From a virus, in IMG/VR virus record IMGVR_UViG_3300042460_000724, positions 1-64,000 of that record: a stretch of DNA of 64,000 nt. The stretch is one strand, 5' to 3'. Made by a program: the position numbers and the translations under genes. Numbering within the stretch: the stretch's first letter is position 1; every line of letters starts with the position of its first letter. The notes beneath the pieces were generated by a model. The model was not told the origin of the DNA. It saw nothing but the letters and a program-made list of their open reading frames with translations, and did no database searches. Of this stretch, positions 57,501-64,000 are shown piece after piece.

Positions 57501-60500
57501 TTGTACCCAATTGTATTGGACTATTTGTATTAACAGTCGAATTTTGTCCTAGCTGTCCAAATGAATTAATTCCCCAAGTAAACAATGCTCCGTCACTACG
57601 TATTGCCGCTGAACTCCCAATAGACCCACCTGCATTGATTTTGGTCCAACTGAATCCTGTTTTACCGGTAGCAGTTAAGTAAGTACTTTGTAGAGTGTTA
57701 TTTGTAAATGAACTAATTTGTACTGGGCTACTCTTGTTAGCCACAAACAGTTGACCAAGTTGTCCACTAGCACCTGCACCCCAACCATATAATACGTTGT
57801 CTGCGGTTAATGCTAAAGTTGTAAAGTCGGTTCCTGCTGTTATTCCACCTGCACTAACAGTAGTCCAACTACTTGTACCTATTTGAACTGGGCTACTACG
57901 ATGTAATATAGTGTCATCACCCAAATTACCAACTGCGTTATTACCCCAAGTAAATAGTGCACCATCACTACGTATACCTGCAAAATGTCCGGCTGAGCTA
58001 GATAATGCAGTCCAACTATATGCGGTAAACGTATTAGCGGCAGGGTTACCCCAACCATACAATTTGTTATTTGTCTTTATACCTACATTATGGCTATAAC
58101 CTGCACTAATTTTACTCCATGTATCTCCTGTGATTTGTGTAGGCATTGGTTGGTAGCTAGCAATTTGTACTGGACTAGATTTACTTACTACAGTATTATC
58201 ACCAATAGCGCCGTAGCTAGCACCCGAACCCCAACCATAAAACAATAGATTACCATCGAGCACACCGTAACTATTAGTAGATCCAGTACCAATTATAGAC
58301 CAACTACTTAAACTTACTAATGTTGGGCTAGATGTAGCAACAACAGAGTTAATACCTAATTCTCCGCTGCCGTTACCACCCCAAGTATATAGTAACTTAG
58401 TAGAAGTTAACCCTACCATATGGCTTTGACCAACAGTAATTTGTGACCAGCTACTTGTACCAAGTTGGGTTGCACTACTACGGTGGACTAGATCACCTAA
58501 ACCTAATTGTCCATTAGCATTTTGCCCCCATACAAATAATAAACTATCACTGCGTATTGCAGCCGCAGTGTTTACATTCATTGATACTTGTGACCAAGAC
58601 TCATTAGCAGTACGAATGAACACCGGGCTAGTAGATTGTGTAACAGTATTATTGCCTATTGCACCAACAGCATTTTGCCCCCATACAAATAATTGCCTGC
58701 TTGTGTTATCTATAGCTGCCGTATTAATATATAATCCACTAACCTTATACCAAGTACTAGTACCAATTTGTACCGGACTAGATCGGGAGATAGCAGTACT
58801 ATCTCCTAATTGACCGTTTGTGTTTAGTCCCCAGCCCCATAATGTATTATCACTACGAATAGCAACTGAGTATTGATTACCTGCGTTAACACTTGTCCAA
58901 CTACTAGTACCAATCTGTACTGGACTACTTCTAGGGAGAACATTAGTTAAACCTAAACCACCATTAGTATTAATGCCCCATGACCACAATGTATTATTGT
59001 TTAGTAGTCCTACCATGTGTGAGTAACCAACTGCTATTTGACTCCAACTACCTGCACCAAGTTTTACAGGACTAGATTTACTTACTACGGTATTATCACC
59101 TAACTGTCCGTTTGTATTAATTCCCCAAGTGAATAGTCCGCCGTCACTACGCAATGCGGCAGTTATAGCACCATTAGTACTAACCTGTGTCCAACTACTT
59201 GTACCAACTTGTACAGGACTACTACGAGCTACAAGATCACCTAGTCCTAGTTGACCACTAGCATTAATTCCCCAGGCAAATAAAGCACCACCAAGTCGTA
59301 TTGCAGTTACAGTCGATATCCCTGCCGCAACACTTGTCCAACTACTAGTACCAATCTGTACTGGACTACTGCGTGGCAATACATCAGTTGTACCTAATTG
59401 TCCACTAGTATTTAGACCCCACACAAATAATGCTCCATCGTTACGTATAGCATATGTAGAAAAATCTCCCACTGCTACCTGAGTCCAACTGCTTGTGCCA
59501 ATTTGTACTGGACTACTACGATGGATGATAGTATTATCTCCTACACCGCCGTTGTTATTAGTTCCCCACGTGAATAATGCTCCATCATTACGTATGGCTG
59601 CAGTCATACCATTTACACCACCGGAGCTTATTACAGACCAACTAAATGTTGTTGTTCCAGTTGCAGTTAAATAACTATTTTGCTGTGCAAGAGAATATAT
59701 CGATCCTACTTGGGTTGGACTACTTTTATTGACAGTATCATTTAAACCAAGACCACCGATGCCGTTAATACCCCATGTAAATAACAAACCATCACTACGT
59801 ATACCAGCCATAGTTGTAGCTGCCTTACTATTAATTAAAGTCCAACTACTTGTACCAATTTGTACTGGGCTACTTCTACTAAGTATTGTACTATCCCCTA
59901 GTTGACCACTAGTACCTAATCCCCAAGTCCATAAACTACCATCATTACGTATAGCCCCAAGTCCACCTACTTTACTCCAAGTAGTATCGGTACCAATTTG
60001 AACTGGACTACTGCGGTGGACTAAATCATTTAACCCTAAATATCCGTCAGTGTTGTTACCCCAAGCCCACAATGTACCATCACTGCGTATAGCTGTAGTC
60101 CAAGATGTTTCCGAATTAACCTGTATCCAACTACTAGAACCAACTTGTACTGGACTGCTTCTATGAAATATATCACTCAGTCCTAATTGTCCAGATTCGT
60201 TAGCTCCCCAAGTCCATAAACTACCGTCACTACGAATACCAGTGAATCGTAAATTTTGTCCAGTCAATATTGACCAAGATGTTGGAGAATTAACCGGCAA
60301 TATAAAGTTTGTGGGACTTAATGTTGGATTATATGGCCATTGTTGATATTGTAATCCCCACCCATACAATGTATTATCTGATGCAATAGCAAGTGAATGT
60401 ACGTTGCCAGCACTTATTTGTGACCAACTACTAGTACCAAGTTGTACTGGACTACTACGATGTAATCCCTCATTATTTACCTGATATGAACTATTATTAC

Positions 60501-63500
60501 CCCAGGCAAATAATTTATTAGTACTAGAAATAGCAAGCACGTGACTTATACCTGCACTAACTTGTGACCAACTGCTAGCACCTATTTGTGTTGGGCTATT
60601 TGAGTATGGTGTTGCACCAACTTGTACTGGGCTACTACGATGTTCTAACCAACTACCTGATATAGTTGTTGGATTAAATGCTAATCCTAGTGCTCCATTA
60701 GTGTTATTACCCCATATATATGCTATACCAGTAGTTGTGATTGCATTGGTTATTCCTGAACCGGCAGCACTAACACTTGCCCAGTCGCTATTATTACCTA
60801 TTTGAGTAGGATATGATTTACTAGTTGTAGAATTATCACCCAACTGTCCAAAAGTTGTATTAATTCCCCAAGTAAATAGTTTTCCATCGGATCTAATAGC
60901 TGATGACAAGCTTTGTCCAGCGCCAACGCTAATCCAGGAATCATTCATTGAGCGAATGAATACCGGGCTACTGCGGCTGGTAATTCCTAATATACCCAAT
61001 TCTCCACTAGTACCAAGTCCCCAAGTAAATAATGCGTTACCTGTATCGGCTGCAGTAATACCTAAAATGTTAGTATAGCCAGTTACCATTGTCCAACTAT
61101 TTGCACCAATTTGTACAGGGAATGATTTAGCAACTGTGGTACCATCACCCAATGATCCAGCAGTATTATTTCCCCAAGCAAACAGTAAACCATCACTTCG
61201 TATTCCTGATAATCCTGCAACAACTGTACCAATTGCAGTCCAAGAATCTGCTACTGAACGAATGAATACTGGGCTGGATCTACCGGCAACAACACCATTA
61301 CCAATAACGCCATCCCCACCTGCAGTAGTTCCCCATGTAAACATTTGCCCATTTGCATCAAGTGCGACTATTGCACTACCTGCATTAACGGTAGTCCAAC
61401 TACTTGTACCTGTAGTAAGTGTTGGACTAAAATATGTGTTCACTAGTGAGTTATTACCAAACTGTGCATTAGCTCCACTACCCCACATATATAGTAAATT
61501 ACCACTTATACCGGCTGTGACTGTGCCGCCTGCAGTTACTACACTCCAACTACTTGTACCAATTTGTACAGGACTACTACGATGTTGGGTAGAATCCGGA
61601 GTTCCTAACACACCACTAGTACCTGCACCCCAAGTGAATAATGAACCATCACTGAGAATTGCTACTGTCCATGATAAACCAGATGCTACTGCAGTCCAAC
61701 TGCTACTACCAATTTGTACTGGGCTACTACGATTTAGAGCAGTGCCATCACCTAGTTGTCCAAATGTGTTTACTCCCCATGCATATAATGCGCCAGTAGT
61801 ACGTATAGCATTACTTCTATTATTTGCAGAATAAACTTTTGACCATGTGTTTTCAGTACCGATTTGTACTGGACTACTACGAGCTACTACTGTGTTTAAT
61901 CCCAGTTGACCTACATCATTAGCACCCCAACTCCATAATGTACCATCACTACGAACCGCTAATACTGTACCGCCGGTAGTGTTAAACGGTCCTGTTGCAA
62001 CAGCAGTCCAACTACTTGTACCAACTTGTACCGGGCTACTACGATGAGCCTGTGTACCATCACCTACAGTACCTGCAGTGTTAACTCCCCAAGTCCATAA
62101 TGTATTATCACTACGTATGGCAGCCGTGAATGATGCTCCTGCTGATACTGTCAACCAGCTATTAGTACCAACTTGTACAGGACTACTACGATGCACTATG
62201 TCATTTAGACCTAATGCGCCATTGATGTTATTACCCCATGCAAACAATAAGCCGTCATTACGAATAGCAAACATTGTATTATTGGTATTTACCACAGTAG
62301 ACCAACTGTAACCAGTCTTACTTGTCTTTGTCAAATATGCCTGTTGTTCTGCAGGTGAAGAGAACGAAACAATTTGTACAGGGCTATTACGAGCAACTAC
62401 AGTTCTATCCCCTAATGCACCACCTGAACCAGAACCCCACGTGTACAATGTATTGTTAGCCATTATACCTGCTGTTGTACCAGATGCTTGTGTAGCAACA
62501 ATATTCCAATTACTTGTACCAAGTTGTACAGGGCTACTGCGTGAAATTGAGTCACCGATGCCAAGCTCACCGGCTGTATTTAATCCCCATGCAAATAATT
62601 TACTATCAGTTCGTATTGCAAATGTGCTGTTACCATTTGCTGTTACTAATGTCCAGCTGTTACCCGTACCTACTTGTACTGGGCTACTTCTAGCGATAAT
62701 ATCGTTTACTCCAAGATTACCAGAACCATTGACTCCCCAACCATATAATTTTCCATCCAACGTAATAGCAAAGGTAGATGTAGCGTTAGTTGTACTATTA
62801 GATGGTACAACTGACCAACTACTTGTGCCTAGTTGAACTGGGCTACTACGATGTACTAAATCATTTAGACCAAGTTGACCATTAAAATTGCCACCCCAAA
62901 CAAATAATAGTCCGTCACTTCTAATAGCGTAAGTATGGCTTATGCCAGCAGCAATACCACTCCAATTACTTGTTCCTATTTGTACCGGACTACTTCTGTG
63001 TAGAATATCATTTAAACCAAGTTGTCCGATACTGTTAGTTCCCCATGCAAATAACTTACTATCGCTACGAATAGCAAATGAAGTAGATGCACCTGCGGTT
63101 ACTGTAGTCCAACTCAATGTTCTAGGTTTACCTGTACTAGTTGACCAAGCAATTTCATCAGCTAATGTAATTAGTGATGAAATTATTACAGGTAATAAGA
63201 TTGTTCCTGGAGCATTACCTGTACCCAATTGACCATTATCATTATTGCCCCAACCGTATAAAACATTGTCCATGGTTAAAGCTAATGTATGAGTAGAGCC
63301 GGTGCTTATCATAGTCCAGCTACTTGTACCAACTTGTACTGGACTTGATTTTAGTATGACGGTGTTGTCCCCCAATTGACCAACATCATTATTACCCCAT
63401 GACCATAATGTTTTATCATTACGAATGGCCGCGGTAAATGTATCACCCTGTGCAACTTGGTACCAAGTATTAATAGTTGCATTTACTTGCACTGGGCTAC

Positions 63501-63999
63501 TAGTATCTACTACACTGTTAATACCTAATTCACCGACTGTATTACCGCCCCATGCGTATAAATACCCATTACCATTAGTGTAGTCCTGTATTATTCCCAT
63601 GCGTCCAGCAACCATAGTCCAACTACTTGAACCAATTTGTACTGGACTAGATTTATTTACAATTGAGTTGTCACCTAATCCACCATACGTATTATTACCC
63701 CAAGTAAATAAGGCTCCATCACTTCTTATTGCAGAAACAACGTATGCATTTCCAATATCACCAGATTGTCCTGCACTAACCATAATCCAGCTACTTGTAC
63801 CAACCTGTACTGGACTACTGCGATGTACTGTGTCATTAAGGCCCAATTGTCCTTGGCTATTAAGTCCCCATGACCACAAATAATTATTAGTGTCAATACT
63901 AAAAGCATTACCGAAGCCTGCCGCTAGTTGTTTCCAACTACCGGTACCTATTTGTACTGGACTACTTCTATTAATACCATCATTCTCTCCTAACTCCCC
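54505..63999 (-). CDS. Giant RCC1/BLIP-II repeat beta-propeller protein, 5'-truncated (probable virion adhesin/fibre)
   Basis: About 60 repeats of W(S/T)xVxAG...AIRxDGxLxxWGxNxxGQLG...RSSPVQIG; frame is open to the window end. Confidence 0.92.
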   Translation of the reverse strand, partial: GELGENDGINRSSPVQIGTGSWKQLAAGFGNAFSIDTNNYLWSWGLNSQGQLGLNDTVHRSSPVQVGTSSWIMVSAGQSGDIGNAYVVSAIRSDGALFTWGNNTYGGLGDNSIVNKSSPVQIGSSSWTMVAGRMGIIQDYTNGNGYLYAWGGNTVGELGINSVVDTSSPVQVNATINTWYQVAQGDTFTAAIRNDKTLWSWGNNDVGQLGDNTVILKSSPVQVGTSSWTMISTGSTHTLALTMDNVLYGWGNNDNGQLGTGNAPGTILLPVIISSLITLADEIAWSTSTGKPRTLSWTTVTAGASTSFAIRSDSKLFAWGTNSIGQLGLNDILHRSSPVQIGTSNWSGIAAGISHTYAIRSDGLLFVWGGNFNGQLGLNDLVHRSSPVQLGTSSWSVVPSNSTTNATSTFAITLDGKLYGWGVNGSGNLGVNDIIARSSPVQVGTGNSWTLVTANGNSTFAIRTDSKLFAWGLNTAGELGIGDSISRSSPVQLGTSNWNIVATQASGTTAGIMANNTLYTWGSGSGGALGDRTVVARNSPVQIVSFSSPAEQQAYLTKTSKTGYSWSTVVNTNNTMFAIRNDGLLFAWGNNINGALGLNDIVHRSSPVQVGTNSWLTVSAGASFTAAIRSDNTLWTWGVNTAGTVGDGTQAHRSSPVQVGTSSWTAVATGPFNTTGGTVLAVRSDGTLWSWGANDVGQLGLNTVVARSSPVQIGTENTWSKVYSANNRSNAIRTTGALYAWGVNTFGQLGDGTALNRSSPVQIGSSSWTAVASGLSWTVAILSDGSLFTWGAGTSGVLGTPDSTQHRSSPVQIGTSSWSVVTAGGTVTAGISGNLLYMWGSGANAQFGNNSLVNTYFSPTLTTGTSSWTTVNAGSAIVALDANGQMFTWGTTAGGDGVIGNGVVAGRSSPVFIRSVADSWTAIGTVVAGLSGIRSDGLLFAWGNNTAGSLGDGTTVAKSFPVQIGANSWTMVTGYTNILGITAADTGNALFTWGLGTSGELGILGITSRSSPVFIRSMNDSWISVGAGQSLSSAIRSDGKLFTWGINTTFGQLGDNSTTSKSYPTQIGNNSDWASVSAAGSGITNAITTTGIAYIWGNNTNGALGLAFNPTTISGSWLEHRSSPVQVGATPYSNSPTQIGASSWSQVSAGISHVLAISSTNKLFAWGNNSSYQVNNEGLHRSSPVQLGTSSWSQISAGNVHSLAIASDNTLYGWGLQYQQWPYNPTLSPTNFILPVNSPTSWSILTGQNLRFTGIRSDGSLWTWGANESGQLGLSDIFHRSSPVQVGSSSWIQVNSETSWTTAIRSDGTLWAWGNNTDGYLGLNDLVHRSSPVQIGTDTTWSKVGGLGAIRNDGSLWTWGLGTSGQLGDSTILSRSSPVQIGTSSWTLINSKAATTMAGIRSDGLLFTWGINGIGGLGLNDTVNKSSPTQVGSIYSLAQQNSYLTATGTTTFSWSVISSGGVNGMTAAIRNDGALFTWGTNNNGGVGDNTIIHRSSPVQIGTSSWTQVAVGDFSTYAIRNDGALFVWGLNTSGQLGTTDVLPRSSPVQIGTSSWTSVAAGISTVTAIRLGGALFAWGINASGQLGLGDLVARSSPVQVGTSSWTQVSTNGAITAALRSDGGLFTWGINTNGQLGDNTVVSKSSPVKLGAGSWSQIAVGYSHMVGLLNNNTLWSWGINTNGGLGLTNVLPRSSPVQIGTSSWTSVNAGNQYSVAIRSDNTLWGWGLNTNGQLGDSTAISRSSPVQIGTSTWYKVSGLYINTAAIDNTSRQLFVWGQNAVGAIGNNTVTQSTSPVFIRTANESWSQVSMNVNTAAAIRSDSLLFVWGQNANGQLGLGDLVHRSSATQLGTSSWSQITVGQSHMVGLTSTKLLYTWGGNGSGELGINSVVATSSPTLVSLSSWSIIGTGSTNSYGVLDGNLLFYGWGSGASYGAIGDNTVVSKSSPVQIASYQPMPTQITGDTWSKISAGYSHNVGIKTNNKLYGWGNPAANTFTAYSWTALSSSAGHFAGIRSDGALFTWGNNAVGNLGDDTILHRSSPVQIGTSSWTTVSAGGITAGTDFTTLALTADNVLYGWGAGASGQLGQLFVANKSSPVQISSFTNNTLQSTYLTATGKTGFSWTKINAGGSIGSSAAIRSDGALFTWGINSFGQLGQNSTVNTNSPIQLGTTSWSQISIGNNAMYAIRNDNTLWSWGLNTIGQLGQNDLVHRSSPVQVGTSSWTIVSGSVATGTLVSTLACVGAIRSDGALFTWGNNNAGQLGDGTILHRSSPVQVGTSSWTKVSAGDVSVYAIRLDGALFSWGDNTSGQLGSTTIVPRSSPVQIGTSSWSSVSAGLSYAMAIRTNSTLWSWGINANGQLGDNTILPRSSPVQIGTSSWSVISTGFATTTALRLDNTLWSWGINTNGQLGDNTILPRSSPVQIGTSSWSQVSIGTSPGVTMALTYTDNQLFIWGQNNNGQLGLSESLGARSSPVFIRSINESWNAVSSGGTTSYGIRIDNLLFAWGLNASGQIGDTTIISRSAPVQIGASSWAQISAGVTFVGGITSDNRLFTWGINTTGQLGDTTVLSRSSPVQVGTSWNIVSAGQSSTSAINTNNLLYVWGGNASGQLGDRSIANRSSPVQVNSFTSAEIQQTYLTTTSKPAALSWNTISTGLSTSAAIRSDGALFMWGLGTSGQLGLNDTISRSSPVQIGTSSWTAVGLFTTSTVAIRIDGGLFTWGDNASGQLASNNLVHRSSPVQVGTSSWTTVSSSTGLANFMALDATNKLWAWGINTNGELAQNDTVSRSSPVQIGVGTVWTSISKNTSRGAIRSDGALFMWGLGTNGQIGDNAILSRSSPVQIGTNSWSIISAGSVATAAITSDGLLYVWGNNASGQLGTNDVILRSSPVQLGTISWTSVSSGVNYMAGVRSDNLLFTWGLGTSGQLGDSTIISKSSPIQIGTSSWAMVSAGGLFTIGLDQLYGLYTWGTNTNGELGINSVTSALSPIFLPTATDSWTITSTTGASQFAIRSDGYLFTWGNNANGQLGLLDILSRSAPVQLGTSIYTNLNKGGSNINSSMATRNDNKLYVWGLNTSGQLGLNDRISKSSPVQLGTNQAYTPPNMYSVPTQIGTSSWTQVSANFNSTFVIDPNNVLYEWGFNDNRPLIPAITSVGYSAVTVSNGFNHFGFTK
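56729..56967. repeat. 92-bp direct repeat, 147-bp period, 1 mismatch
   Basis: 56729-56820 versus 56876-56967. Confidence 0.9.
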
Positions 64000-64000
64000 T

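Noticed and set aside
55340-63883. Plus-strand ORFs repeating CTGLLR
   Set aside because: Antisense shadows of the RCC1 repeats.
54505-63999. Periodic ctggactactacg repeats as a CRISPR array or DGR
   Set aside because: They are the coding RSSPVQ motif with codon-length periods. No cas or reverse transcriptase gene is present.

Overview
This is an AT-rich segment of a large T4-like (myovirus) bacteriophage. A proteobacterial, probably aquatic, host is inferred from its IscU, AhpC/AhpD and RpoZ homologs. Layout from left to right: (1) the end of a fibre-like structural gene and a papain-family protease. (2) A minus-strand early region of small genes driven by repeated TTGACA-N17-TATAAT promoter cassettes. 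(3) A ~10 kb array of 26 CCA-encoding tRNA genes covering all 20 amino acids, interleaved with five HNH endonucleases, mtnN, rpoZ and several long-stem ncRNA candidates. (4) Just upstream of the array, an unannotated 45-codon ORF that uses all 20 amino acids and overlaps an antiterminator/terminator switch, a candidate tRNA-pool-sensing attenuator. (5) An oxidative-tailoring island: B12 radical SAM, cupin/2OG-Fe oxygenases, SGGxDS ligases, desaturases and a GNAT. (6) ahpD, ahpC, a frameshifted iscU, a SleB-type hydrolase, baseplate/PAAR genes, grx, nrdB and nrdA. (7) An ADP-heptose/Galf/glycosyltransferase/methyltransferase cluster directly downstream of a >3,100 aa RCC1-repeat protein whose blades parse into nested seven-bladed propellers. 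All calls were made by eye from motifs; no database searches were run.
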